A stretch of 64,000 nucleotides of DNA from an uncultured bacterium (GTDB lineage Bacteria; Verrucomicrobiota; Verrucomicrobiia; Limisphaerales; UBA8199): NCBI GenBank assembly GCA_963749495.1, contig CAVVMW010000001.1, positions 789,685 through 853,684 of the forward strand, read 5' to 3'. The position numbers and the translations under genes are program-made. This document shows positions 21,291 to 32,380 of this stretch, piece by piece; position 1 is the first letter of the stretch, and each line of letters opens with the position of its first letter. A model generated the notes under the pieces. That model saw nothing but the letters and a program-made list of their open reading frames with translations. It had not been told where the DNA came from and did not search any database.

Positions 21291-22319
21291 ATGGGCGAAA
21301 CCAGTCAGGTTGCGGACGCTCGCCTGGGCGCTTCGTTGCACTCACGGCCGCCCCTGTGGCGGATGCTCCGCATCCACCAGGCGATCCAGTTGGGCAAGCA
21401 CCCCAACGCCGCCTATTTCGCGCGCCAGTTCGAGGTCAGCACCAAGACCATTCATCGCAACCTCGAATTCATGCGCTACCAGTTGGACCTGCCCATCGAA
21501 TACGACCCGCAGCGCTACGGCTTCCACTACACCGAGAAGGTCGAGGCCTTTCCCACCCTGCAGATTACCGAAGGCGAGTTCATCGCCCTGGTCATCGCCG
21601 AGCGGGCGCTCGAACAATACCGCGGCACCAACCTGGAAAAACCGCTCCTGGGCGCCATCCGCAAGATGGAGCAGGCCCTGCCGGACACCATCTCGCTCGA
21701 CCTGGCCGACATCCAGCGGACCATCTCCTTCCGCACGCGCGCCGAGCCCATCCTCAACCTCGAAATCTTCGATGCCCTGGCCAAGGCCACCGCCGCCCGC
21801 CATCAACTCCAGTTGAGCTATCGCAAACCCGGCCAGACCGCCACGGAACTGCGCCTGGTGGACCCCTATCACCTGGCCAACATCAACGGCGAGTGGTTCC
21901 TCTTCGCCTACGACCACCTCCGCAAAGACATCCGCACCTTCGTCCCCGCGCGCATCCAGCGCGTCAAACCCTCCGGCAAGACCTTCACCCGCCCCCAGAG
22001 TTTCTCGCTCGAAAAACGCCTCCACGACAGCTTCGGCGTCCAATCCGGCCACGAGGTCTGGGACGTGGTCATTCGCTTCGCCCCGCGAGTGGCCGACTTC
22101 ATCCGCGAGAAGCGCTGGCATGCCTCCCAGCAACTGCGCGAACTCAGTAACGGCGGCATCGAGTTGCGGATGCGGCTCTCCAGCCTCTCGGAAGTCGAGC
22201 GCTGGGTGCTCAGTTGGGGCGGCAATGCCGTCGTGGCGCAGCCCCCCGAACTGGCCCGCGCCGTCAAGGAGGCCGCCCGGAAGATCCTCCGCTCCGACCC
22301 GGCGGCGCTCGCGGGCTGA
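21291..22319 (+). CDS. WYL-domain transcriptional regulator (HTH-WYL-WCX)
   Basis: FEVSTKTIHRNL HTH; RLVDPYHL...WFLFAYD..RKDIRTF..ARI; WVLSWG..A.V..PPEL. Confidence 0.93.
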   Translation: MGETSQVADARLGASLHSRPPLWRMLRIHQAIQLGKHPNAAYFARQFEVSTKTIHRNLEFMRYQLDLPIEYDPQRYGFHYTEKVEAFPTLQITEGEFIALVIAERALEQYRGTNLEKPLLGAIRKMEQALPDTISLDLADIQRTISFRTRAEPILNLEIFDALAKATAARHQLQLSYRKPGQTATELRLVDPYHLANINGEWFLFAYDHLRKDIRTFVPARIQRVKPSGKTFTRPQSFSLEKRLHDSFGVQSGHEVWDVVIRFAPRVADFIREKRWHASQQLRELSNGGIELRMRLSSLSEVERWVLSWGGNAVVAQPPELARAVKEAARKILRSDPAALAG

Positions 22320-22400
22320 TTTCTTCGCCCCGCAGGATTCGCGCAGGTGTTGGAAGGATATTCTGCCTGGAGAGCTAGACACTGGTCCGGCTCTGCTCAT

Positions 22401-22610
22401 CGCGTAGCGATGATACGAAGGTAGCCGTGTGGCTTCAGCCCACGGAGAGAGGTTTTAGCCAGAGGGGTCGCGTCGCGTAGCGACGCCGGAGCCGCCCACG
22501 CCCTCGGGGCCGCAGGCGGTTTCACGCGTCGCTACGCAACGCCGGGACTTCTCCCGCACCTTGACCGGGGGCTGAAGCCGCCCGGCTACCATCAGGACAC
22601 CGCTCCGCGG
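22401..22610. repeat. Nested palindromic REP-like element
   Basis: ggtagccgtgtggcttcagccc / gggctgaagccgcccggctacc, inner cgtcgcgtagcgacg. Confidence 0.75.
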
Positions 22611-22654
22611 TGAACAGAGGTCCGCCGATCCGAAAGATTTTTTCCCACGCCCCC

Positions 22655-22691
22655 TTTATGCTTGCATGTGACTACCATAAAATGGTAGTCA
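22655..22691 (+). promoter_or_regulatory. MTase promoter overlapped by a perfect palindromic operator
   Basis: TTTATG-17-TAAAAT; TGACTACCAT-aaa-ATGGTAGTCA at 22669-22691. Confidence 0.7.
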
Positions 22692-22702
22692 TTTCAGCAG
22701 TC

Positions 22703-25399
22703 ATGGCCCAGCGGTTCAAGAACGTCTATTTTGCAGATATTGACGGTGCATCGACCCAGGAAAGAAATCTCACCTTGGCCTTTGGGGAGAAGGATGAGCA
22801 GCTTTACGAAGGTCTCAAGAGCCTGTCGAGCCAGGAAATGCGTGAGCGGTTGGGGCACGCTAGCTATGAGGGGCTGTGCCGGGCAGCCGAGGGAGAGGGG
22901 CTGCCCCTGAATGGTTACTGCCTGCGCCGGTTGCGCACGGTGCGAGAGCGGAGCGGGCCGGAAGCGGAGGGTGGCTTCTTTCCACAGATGAGAGACTTCG
23001 CCCGTCCGCTTATCGACCCAGTGCAGGTTACGTTCCGGGGAGGCCAGGCCGAGCCCTTGCACCGGTGGTATCCGTACCTGGAGGGATACTCTCCGCGTTT
23101 CGTAGAGCAAGCCTTGGACGCATTCGCTCCCCAAGCCGGGTGCATCCTGGACCCCTTTTCCGGGACCGGGACCACGCCCCTAACGGCGGCGAGGCTTGGA
23201 CGGAGGGCTTTCTTCTGCGAATTGAACCCGCTCCTGCAGTTCCTCATCGAAGCCAAGACGGCCGCCTTCAATTTGAAGGCCGAGGAGAGGGAAAGGTGCG
23301 TAGGAAAGCTGCTTGAACTGGCGGAGGGATTGGCGGAATTGGTCTCGGCACGGCGCGAGGCCTTGGACCTCGATGAGGCCTACTGGAGAACCTTTGGCGA
23401 GAGCCAATTTTTCGAACGGCAGGTTTACGGCGAAATCCTGCGGGCTCGCAGCATCGTCGATGGCTTGGCCTGCGAAGACCCGGTGGCGGCCAGGTTCCTC
23501 ACGGTCGCGATTGTGGCCAGCCTTATCCCGGCCTCGCGCCTAATCCGGCGCGGCAACCTTCGCTTCAAGACCGAGAGTGAATCGAGGAAATCGCGGACGG
23601 GCTTCATCCCCTGCGTCAGGCTCCAGTTGCGCCTCATGGCAGGAGATCTGAGAGCAGTCCAACCTCTGCCGGAGACGCCCAAGCTGGTGTGCGAGGATGC
23701 GCGCCAACTTGACCAGTTGCTGCCTCTGGAAGTGGACGCTGTCCTGACCAGTCCGCCGTACCTTAACGGCACCAACTACTTCAGGAACACGAAAGTGGAG
23801 TTGTGGTTTCTACGCTGCTTGCGGGGGCCGGATGACCTGGCCGATTTTCGTCTGAAGGCGGTCACCGCCGGCATCAATGACGTGACCAACGCCAAGGCGG
23901 GCCGTGAGGTTCCTCCCGAGGCTCGACCTGTCGTCGCCCTGGTGGCGGAGTCCGCCTACGACGCCCGCATCCCCCGCATGGTGGCCAGCTACTTTGCGGA
24001 AATGAAGGCCATCTTCGCAGCCCTCCGCAAGCACCTCACAGAACGGGCAACCGTCGTGCTCAATATCGGGGATTCGGCTTACGGGAACGTCCATGTCCCC
24101 ACAGATCGGATTCTCACAGAGATTCTCTGAGCCTTGGATTCAGTCTTCGCCGTGAGCTGGTCTTGCGGAAGCGATTGTCACGGGGCGGATTGGCCCTGCG
24201 ACAGGTCCTGCTGGTATTGGACGCGCCGCGGAGAGGCCTTCGACCGCTCCGGGACCTGGCAGATATGCCGGTGGCCGCTTGGGAGGCAGCCTGGCAGCGA
24301 TTCAAGCGCCAACTGCCCCACCAGGAAGACCCCTTCGCCAAACGCAACTGGGGCCACCCTCTCCACTCGCTTTGCTCCTACCAGGGCAAAATGAAGCCGG
24401 CGCTGGCATATCACCTCGTAAAGGTCTTCGTCCCCCAGGGCGGCCGGTTGCTGGACCCCTTCGGCGGTGTTGGCACGATCCCTTTCGAGGCGGCTCTGAA
24501 CGGCATGACCACATGGTCTTTCGAGATCAGTCCAGCCGCCTTGCACATTGCTGCCGCCAAACTGGGGTTGCCGCAGGCAGCGGACTGCGAGCATGTTCTG
24601 CGCGACCTGGAGCGCTTCATCGCTGGCGAAGAGCCCGCCCAAGCAGAGGCCAGGGCGGCGGGCAGGATTCGTTTCAACGGCCCGCTGCCGGATTATTTCT
24701 CCCCGGCTACTTTCCGGGAGATACTGCTGGCCCGCCGGTTCTTCAGGCAGCGGCCGCCGCGCGGGCACTCAGATTCGCTCGTGCTGGCCTCACTGTTGCA
24801 CATCCTTCATGGCAATCGGCCCTACGCCCTAAGCCGGCGCTCGCACCCCATCACGCCCTTTGCGCCAAGCGGGCCGGCCGAATACCGCCCTTTGATGCCC
24901 CGTTTACGCGCAAAGGTGGGCCGCAGTCTGGAGGTGTCGAAAGGCCAAGGCTTCGCTCCCGGGACTGTTTTCTTTCAGGATGCCACCGCGTGGTGGCCCC
25001 GCCAGGTTGACCGACTCGAACGCCGTCATCACCTCGCCGCCCTTTTTCGACAGCACCCGTTTCTATCTCGCAAACTGGATGCGGCTTTGGTTCTGCGGCT
25101 GGGAGGCGGAGGACTTCCGCATTCAACCCCTGGCTTTTGTTGACGAACGCCAGAAACGCAGCTTCGAGGTTTACGAGGCGGTCTTCCGCCAAGCCAGAGA
25201 GCGCCTCAAGCCCGGCGGCGTCATGGTCCTGCACCTCGGCAAAAGCCGAAAATGCGATATGGCTGCGATGCTTCAGCGCGTGGCCCTCCGTTGGTTTCGC
25301 GTCGCGGACTCTTTCACCGAACAGGTGGACCACTGCGAATCCCACGGCATTCGTGACAAAGGCACGGTCACGGCGCACCAATTCCTGCTGCTGCGCTGA
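22703..25399 (+). CDS. Two-domain amino-DNA methyltransferase (probably m4C); apparent frameshifts near 24127 and 25020
   Basis: Domain 1 LDPFSGTGT...TSPPY; domain 2 YQGKMKP...LDPFGGVGT...TSPPF, spread over three frames. Confidence 0.85.
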
Positions 25400-25402
25400 G
25401 AC

Positions 25403-26377
25403 TCATTCCAAACCGAGGAGTCTCCTGTTCTGTGCCGAGAGCCGGCTCAGCAGATGGTAGCCGGAAAGCAACCTTTTGAGCTCGGCCAACCGCTTCGGCA
25501 GGTCGGAGCGCTCGCGGACCTTGAGGAAGCGCGATACGCAGCCGTTTACGTCGATATCAGCATTGACGATCGGCTCCCGGCTGGCCAGCAGCGTCAAGTC
25601 AGCCCCCGTCAGCCGACTCAACTCGATGAGTTCATTGTTTGTGTAAAATTGGCTCGGCCAACCATCCCGCTTGGCGTTGTTTGCCTCGGCGCACAGGAGC
25701 GCCGCGTTCTCGACGCTCAGCGGGTAGAGGTATCGGGAGGGCAGAACGTGGTCAATTGCCCAGGACTTGCGATCCCGGATGTCCAAGGCCCTCTTTGTCT
25801 TGAAGCACCTGCCTCCAAACCTGGCGAATAACTCATCGGGCGCGATCGTCTGGTTTTCCCCCTGCAGGAGTAGTTCGGCGATTCGCCGGCGCGCCGAGGC
25901 CTCGTGCAGTTGCTGTTTTGTCCGGCGCGGGTTGAGCATTGCATTGATGGCGCCCTTGCAGCTCCGGCACTCCATTTGCCGTTGCAGAGGCCCCCAGCCG
26001 GCGTGCTTGCTGAACGCCTGGAAAGGCAGAATGCGACCGCAGGTGTTGCATTGCTTCCAGTAGGATTCAGGGTACTCGGTCGCAATCCGGAAAAAGCCCC
26101 GCCAGAAACGCTCTGCTCGAAGGGACTTATGGTCGGTGAACGCTGTGGGCCAGTTTGAAAAGGGGAGGTTCGTGTCCTTGCAGTGGGAGTAGCCGCACTT
26201 GGTGCACTGCCAATTTGCCGTGTCAAACGCCGCTTCCGGATCCAGGAGTCTCGCCCCGATCGGGACAAAGTTCGCGGCGGAGCACCCCAGGCAGACAAAG
26301 CCCACCCAGGCAGCGTGGGGCTGAACGCCCTCGATTCGCTCCAATCCGGTCCGATTTACAGTCTGCCGCCGCGGCAT
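25403..26377 (-). CDS. Zn-finger HNH endonuclease, probable cognate restriction enzyme
   Basis: Four CxxC pairs; IDHVLP...ENAALLCAEANNAK HNH motif; convergent with the MTase, 3 bp apart. Confidence 0.8.
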   Translation of the reverse strand: MPRRQTVNRTGLERIEGVQPHAAWVGFVCLGCSAANFVPIGARLLDPEAAFDTANWQCTKCGYSHCKDTNLPFSNWPTAFTDHKSLRAERFWRGFFRIATEYPESYWKQCNTCGRILPFQAFSKHAGWGPLQRQMECRSCKGAINAMLNPRRTKQQLHEASARRRIAELLLQGENQTIAPDELFARFGGRCFKTKRALDIRDRKSWAIDHVLPSRYLYPLSVENAALLCAEANNAKRDGWPSQFYTNNELIELSRLTGADLTLLASREPIVNADIDVNGCVSRFLKVRERSDLPKRLAELKRLLSGYHLLSRLSAQNRRLLGLE

Positions 26378-26509
26378 AGCTCTTCCCGCCAGATTGGCGG
26401 AAATGCCTCGGGAGGGCAAGCCCCGCTGTCTTGCTGGTCGGCGTCCCGGCGCCGGCCGGGCTTTTGGATTCGCAGGTGGTGAGCGCGACGGTATGCCGGG
26501 CTCAGTCAA

Positions 26510-26790
26510 CCAGCACCTTCAGAATTCGGCCAACCCGCTCATCACGAAAGTGCGGCAGCTTTTCAGCCGCGACCTAGCCCTGGAGAACGACCACCTGCGC
26601 CAGGAGAACCAAATCCTCCGACGCAAGTTGGGCTCCCGCGTGTCCTTGACCGAGGGGGACCGGCGGATTCTGGTGAAGTACGGCCTGAGGATTGAGGATC
26701 GGCTAGGCGAGGTCATTTCCATCGTCAAACCCGAAACGCTCCTGGCCTGGAATCGTCAGCAGAAGCAGAAGAAGTGGACCTTGGCGCTGG
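26510..26790 (+). pseudogene. N-terminal fragment of an integrase-core (rve) transposase
   Basis: LRQENQILRRKL...LTEGDRR...IVKPETLLAW...KKWT, then no catalytic domain. Confidence 0.7.
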
Positions 26791-26850
26791 GGTGGCTCTG
26801 GGGCTCGCCCGTGACATTGCCCCCAAATCCTCGCCTAAAGCTTTTTTTGA

Positions 26851-26915
26851 GAACCACGGAACACACAGAACACACGGAAAAAGGCCCCCCTTCCGTGTAT
26901 TCCGATTCCGTGGTT
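26851..26915. repeat. 9-mer-based inverted repeat
   Basis: aaccacggaacacacagaacacacggaa / ttccgtgtattccgattccgtggtt; related to 55643-55720. Confidence 0.7.
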
Positions 26916-27062
26916 CTCTATTTTCTCTCGATTGGCATGGGAATTGAGGAGGTCCGGTTCTTTCGGTGTATTCTGCGGAAGATGGTTCTTTAGGCGTGGT
27001 TTTGGGGGGCCTGCCCTGGCTTGACTGCGGCCGCAAGCTGTTTTATACAATAGAACAAGTTT

Positions 27063-28259
27063 ATGATATTACGAGACACATTTTTGGCGGTTCTCCGCAA
27101 CCCGTTCCTACCGCCGGTTCCCGCGCCCGAGGTCGAGCGGGAACTGGTTGCCGGCCTGGAGTTGCGCGGCTCCAGAGCAACGGTGCTGACCGGCGTGCGG
27201 CGGTGTGGCAAGAGCACTCTGCAGGCGCAGTTGATGCGCCGCTCCGGCGGCGCGTTTTACTGCAACTTCGAGGACACCCGCCTCTTTGGCCTGGGTCCGG
27301 ATGATTTCCCCGCCTTCCTGTCGGTTCTCGAGGCAGTGGCGAACCCGAACCAGCCGGTGTTCCTGGATGAGGTCCAGGAAGCCGGGGAATGGCAGCGGCT
27401 GGTTCGGGCACTCCTGGATCGCGGGCGGGCGGTGTGTCTCACGGGATCGAACGCGTCGTTGCTGGGCCGGGAACTCGGGGCCAAACTCACTGGACGGCAT
27501 CTGTCGTTCGAGGTGTTCCCGTTCAGTTATGCGGAGTACATGGTTTTCACCCGGAAAGGCCCTGGCGTTGACTCCTTCCGGGCCTATCTGGACGAGGGCG
27601 GGTTTCCGGTTTACCTGCGGGAGCGTCGGGACCAGATCCTGCAGGAATTGCTGCGCGACGTGGTCCAGCGCAACGTGGCGGCGCGTCATAGGCTGCGCGA
27701 GACGCGGCATGTGATGAACCTGCTCCTGTTCCTGCTCGCCAATACCGGGCGGCCGCTTTCCTTTCAGAGCCTGACCAAGAACCTCGCCGTTCCCACGGTC
27801 GGACAGACCTCGCGCTACCTGGAGTTCCTTCGGGACGCCTACCTCCTGTTTGCGGTGCCCAAGTTCAGCGCCTCCTTCAGGAAGCGGGTGGTGGCCCCGG
27901 CCAAATACTTCGCCATCGACAACGGTCTGCGCCGCGTCAATTCGCCGCAGCCCCAGCCCGACCTCGGTCACCGGCTGGAGAACGCCGTGGGACTTCACCT
28001 GCGCCGCGGCACGCCCGAGCTGCATTATGCCGGTGAGCGCGACCTGTGGGAATGTGATTTCGTTACCCCCGACGCGGCCATCCAGGTCTGCCTCGAACTC
28101 ACCCCTGCCAATCGCGGACGCGAACTGCGGGGAGTTATCGAGGGAACGCGCCTGGGCGGCCGGCGCCGCGCACTGGTGCTGACGCTCAACCAAACCGACC
28201 GTCTGCGCCAGGATGGGGTGGAGATCGAGGTGATGCCCGCCTGGCGCTGGATGGCGTAA
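27063..28259 (+). CDS. AAA_14 ATPase with DUF4143 domain
   Basis: GVRRCGKST, FLDEVQ, LTGSNAS, GGFP, LENAV, ECDFV. Confidence 0.9.
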   Translation: MILRDTFLAVLRNPFLPPVPAPEVERELVAGLELRGSRATVLTGVRRCGKSTLQAQLMRRSGGAFYCNFEDTRLFGLGPDDFPAFLSVLEAVANPNQPVFLDEVQEAGEWQRLVRALLDRGRAVCLTGSNASLLGRELGAKLTGRHLSFEVFPFSYAEYMVFTRKGPGVDSFRAYLDEGGFPVYLRERRDQILQELLRDVVQRNVAARHRLRETRHVMNLLLFLLANTGRPLSFQSLTKNLAVPTVGQTSRYLEFLRDAYLLFAVPKFSASFRKRVVAPAKYFAIDNGLRRVNSPQPQPDLGHRLENAVGLHLRRGTPELHYAGERDLWECDFVTPDAAIQVCLELTPANRGRELRGVIEGTRLGGRRRALVLTLNQTDRLRQDGVEIEVMPAWRWMA

Positions 28260-30301
28260 TCCTGCGCGTCGGCGCGCGTCTGGAGGCCCGCGCCTGGGGC
28301 GGGGGTTGGCCGCCCGCCCCAGGGGCGTGATGAATGGCCTACTGCGACCGCAGCCGGTAGAAGCGCGCGGCGTTGGTCGCGCCCAGCGTGATCTGGTTGT
28401 TCGGAGGATTAGTCGCCACCGGAGTCCAGGCGCCGCCGACAAGGCTCGTCTCGCTCTGCAACACGAAGCCGCTAGCCGAAGCCGGCCAGGAGATTTGCAC
28501 CGAATCGGCACTCAGTCGGGTTATGGTGAGGGCCGGCCCTGTGGGAACCGAAGGCGCCACTTCAATCACCGGCGGGAACGAGGACCTGGCGGACAGGTAG
28601 GTGCTGACCAGGAGAAGGTCATCGCCCGAAAGCGTCCGATTGTAGATCAGGAGCCTCGCTGAGCGTGCCTGAGAACGGGTTGGCCAGGGTGTCCAGCGCC
28701 CCGATCAGCAGCGGCGTGCCCGCGTCCAGGGCCGCGTAGCCGAGCACCCCGCTGCCGTTGGGGACTCCATCGAGGTAATGCGAAGCCAAAGAACCCGCGA
28801 CTGTAACGCCGGTCACCGCCGGTGTCCCGGCCTGCACGGGGCCAGTGCTGGTGTAGGCCGTGGTTCCGCCCGAATTGCCTCCGCGTGTGAAAACCATGTC
28901 GCCGCCGACAGCAATACTGTAGATCCACGGGAACGGCGCGGCGTTGGTCGTTTTGCTCCACAGAGTTTGGGCCAGGGTCACGTCGGCGACGTTAAAGGCG
29001 CAGAACGTCGAGATGTCTCCCTGGATAACAACACTGGGAGTGCTGGCCACCTGGAGATATTGCGAACTCGTCCCGTTGAATTCCAGGGCCGGCTTGCCGT
29101 TAGTGACCACCAAGAGCGGAGCGTTGGCGGAATTGGTCTGAAGCGCGTTGTTGCCCAGACCCGACTGGTCAGCCCATTCCGAGACGGTGCCGTCGCTGTT
29201 GGTGCTCACACCCTTGTCCGCTCTGAGCCAGAGCACCAGCCCTGAAGTTGGCGGGCTGGAGGGTCCCTGGCCGGTCACCGAGATGACCACGGGGGCGGAA
29301 GTGCCCGTGGCACCCCAGACGTCGACCGCTTGGGCCTGGAGGGTAACCGTGCCCGGCGTGAGGGCTTCGAGGGACAAGGCATAAGGCGGCGTTGTGGCCG
29401 AACCAAGGACGACGCCGTTGGCCAGGAAAGTCACCTGGGTGACGGGGTTGTTAGTATCCGTAACGCCCACCTGGAAGTTGATTGGGGTGGACACAGCCGC
29501 CGTGGCGCCGTTGGTTGGGCTGAGGACCGTCACAGCCGGTGGCAGGTAGGCCACGCCAACCAGTCTCTGGTTGTATTTTCCGGCCAAGTAGGTGAAGACC
29601 TGTTCACGCTCGGCGCTCGAAAGGCCGTGTCCGAACACGAGCAATTCAGCAAGGTCGCCCTGCAACTTGGTGACCTTGTCAGCACGCGAGCCGATTATCA
29701 AATCGGTGGCGGCGTCGGCAAGCGGGACGCTGATTTGGCCGCTGCCGGCGAAACCCCCGTTGATGTAGTGAGAGGCGGTTTGTCCGGCCATTTCGAAGCC
29801 GAGCACCATGTAGGTCCCGGCAGTTGCCCCCCAATCCGCATTAAGCCCTCCAGCGACCGTGCCATTGCCGCGCAAAAAGCTCGGAACACCCGTGGCCGGC
29901 AGGAGGTAATAATCGATCGAGGCCGGTATATTGCCCTTCGTCTTGGCCCACAGCCCGCGGAAGGTAGCGAAATCCTCAAAGAGCACGACCGCGTAGCTGG
30001 CGACATCGCCGACGATTTCGATGCTCTGGGAATCCGCCACATCCAGGTCGTCACCGGAGTTGAAATGAAGGGCTGGCTTGCCGTTGATGGCGTTGGCGAC
30101 CAATGTGGGCGCGGTGTCGAGCGGAACCGCTGTGTTGCCATTGCCTGAGCGATCCGTCCAACTGGCCACCGTGCGGTCCGGATTAACCTGCACGCCTACA
30201 TCCGCGCTGAGCCAGAGCCTCAGATCGCTGGTGGGCGGCGCCGTGGCGGACGTGCCGGTCACCGTCAGGGTGATGGGCGCTGAAGTGGACTGCAGCCCTA
30301 G

Positions 30302-32380
30302 CCTGGATTCCCACGGATAGGCCTGACCTAACCTTGAGCAGCCTCCTCGGCCAGCCTCACCCTGTATTTGCCATGGATCTTCCAGAATGACGTTAGTCGT
30401 ACTATGAATATATAGATATTGTCCACTATGTCATAATGCCCGCCGATCGACTCCTCGCTCTGGCCAGACGCTCCGATCCCTACGGATTTGTCCCGTTTCA
30501 CCAGAAAAATGCGCCATGGCACCCCTACAGGTTGTATTTCCGCTTGACAACCCCACCATATATGACATAGTGGAGACGTGTTTAACAATAAACACAAAAA
30601 ACTAACCGATCTGGCCCAGGCTTTTCTCACGCCGACCAACTCCACCCACCGCCAATATGAGGCCCTCCGCGCCTTCTTCGTCGAGGGCCTCCCTTCCCAA
30701 GACGCCGCCCGCCGCTTCGGCTATTCGCCGGGCAGTTTCCGCGTCCTGGCCTGCCAGTTCCGCCAAGAGCCAGACCGCCCCTTCTTTTTGCCTCCAGCCA
30801 AGGGACCTCACCGCGCCCCTAAATCCGACCCCTGGCGCCTCAAGATTGTCCAGGCCCGCAAACAAAACCTCTCCATTTACGACATCAGCCGGCTCCTGCA
30901 GGAGCAAGGTCATCGGCTCAGCCCGGTCTCCGTAGCCCATGTCCTCAAGGAAGAAGGCTTTGCTCGCCTGCCGCGACGGGCCGATGAAGAACGGCCCTCC
31001 CACCCCCATCCCGAAACCGCCCCGGTCGCCGATGCCCGCCTGCTGGATTTGTCCGCGCACCAGTTCCGCACCCAATTTGGCGGCCTGTTCCTGTTCGTGC
31101 CCTACCTGAGCGCCGTGCCCTGGGAGCGTATCCTGGAGCAGAGCCAGTTCCCCGGCACCCGGCAGATCCCCGCCGCTCACGCCATGCGCTCCCTGTTGGG
31201 GCTTAAGTTGCATGGCTCGGCTCGTCACAGCCATGTGATGAGCGACGTGTTCGACGCCGGCCTGGCCTTGTTCGCCGGCCTCAATTGCGTCCCCAAACGT
31301 TCTTTCCTCACCGAATACAGTTGCCGGATTGATCCGCCGTCTTACCCCAAACTCATGCACCGCTGGTTTGATGGCGCCCGTCAGTTGGGCCTGCCCCGCG
31401 GCGAGTCCTTCGATCTGGACTTTCACACCATCCCTTTCCACGGCGAGGATGCCCTCCTGCAAAAGCATTACGTCTCCAAGCGCAGCCGCCGGCAGAAGGG
31501 CCTCTTGGCCTTTGTGGCCCAGGATGCCGACACGCACGTGTTCTGCTATGGCAATGCCCAGGTGCGCAAGGAGAACCAGAACGAAGAGGTGCTGCACTTT
31601 GCCCGCTACTGGAAGGAGCGGACCGGCCAGTGGCCGCAGGAGTTGATTTTTGATTCCAAACTCACGACCTATGCCAACCTGAGCTGGCTCGACGACCAGG
31701 ACATCGAGTTCATTACGCTGCGGCGCCGTTCGGCCGCCATGCTCCAGGAAGTGCGCACCTGGCCCGATTCGGCTTGGCGCCGCATCTCCCTGGAAAGCAT
31801 CTCCCGCCTTTATCGGGAGCCGCGCATCGTCGACCAGCGCATCGAGTTGAAGGGCTACCAGGGGCCCATCCGCCAGATGATTATCACCGATTTGGGCCAC
31901 GAGGACCCCACCTTTCTGCTGACCAATCAATTGCGGCGCTCGGCCCCCAAGCTCATTGGGCGTTACGCCCGGCGCATGATTATCGAGAACAACATCCAGG
32001 ACGGCATCGACTTTTTCCACATGGATGCGCTGTCCTCGGCGGTGCCGATGAAGGTCGATTGCGATCTGCAATTAACCCTCATAGCCAGCAGTCTCTATCG
32101 GCTCTTGGGAGTTCAAATCGGGCAAGGCTATGAACGAGCCAAATCCCGAACCCTGTTCCGGGACTTCGTGGATGCAACGGCGACGGTGGCCATTAGCGCG
32201 GAGGCGATCACCGTCCGCTTTCAGAAACGGGCCCACAATCCGTTGCTGCTCAACGCAGGCTTTAACAAGAAGCAGGTCAAGGTCCCCTGGTTGGACAATC
32301 GAACCCTCCGGTTGGTCTTCGGCTAGAGCGGGCCAACGGGAAAAAAATGTTAGGTCGCGTCCCATGCATGGGAATCCAGG
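30302..32380 (+). mobile_element. Complete IS1380-like insertion sequence (2079 bp)
   Basis: Terminal IR CCTGGATTCCCA / TGGGAATCCAGG; CTAG duplicated at 30298-30301 and 32381-32384. Confidence 0.9.
30578..32326 (+). CDS. DDE transposase, IS1380-like
   Basis: DLDFHTIPFHG, LIFDS, YARRMIIENNI; N-terminal HTH. Confidence 0.88.
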   Translation: MFNNKHKKLTDLAQAFLTPTNSTHRQYEALRAFFVEGLPSQDAARRFGYSPGSFRVLACQFRQEPDRPFFLPPAKGPHRAPKSDPWRLKIVQARKQNLSIYDISRLLQEQGHRLSPVSVAHVLKEEGFARLPRRADEERPSHPHPETAPVADARLLDLSAHQFRTQFGGLFLFVPYLSAVPWERILEQSQFPGTRQIPAAHAMRSLLGLKLHGSARHSHVMSDVFDAGLALFAGLNCVPKRSFLTEYSCRIDPPSYPKLMHRWFDGARQLGLPRGESFDLDFHTIPFHGEDALLQKHYVSKRSRRQKGLLAFVAQDADTHVFCYGNAQVRKENQNEEVLHFARYWKERTGQWPQELIFDSKLTTYANLSWLDDQDIEFITLRRRSAAMLQEVRTWPDSAWRRISLESISRLYREPRIVDQRIELKGYQGPIRQMIITDLGHEDPTFLLTNQLRRSAPKLIGRYARRMIIENNIQDGIDFFHMDALSSAVPMKVDCDLQLTLIASSLYRLLGVQIGQGYERAKSRTLFRDFVDATATVAISAEAITVRFQKRAHNPLLLNAGFNKKQVKVPWLDNRTLRLVFG

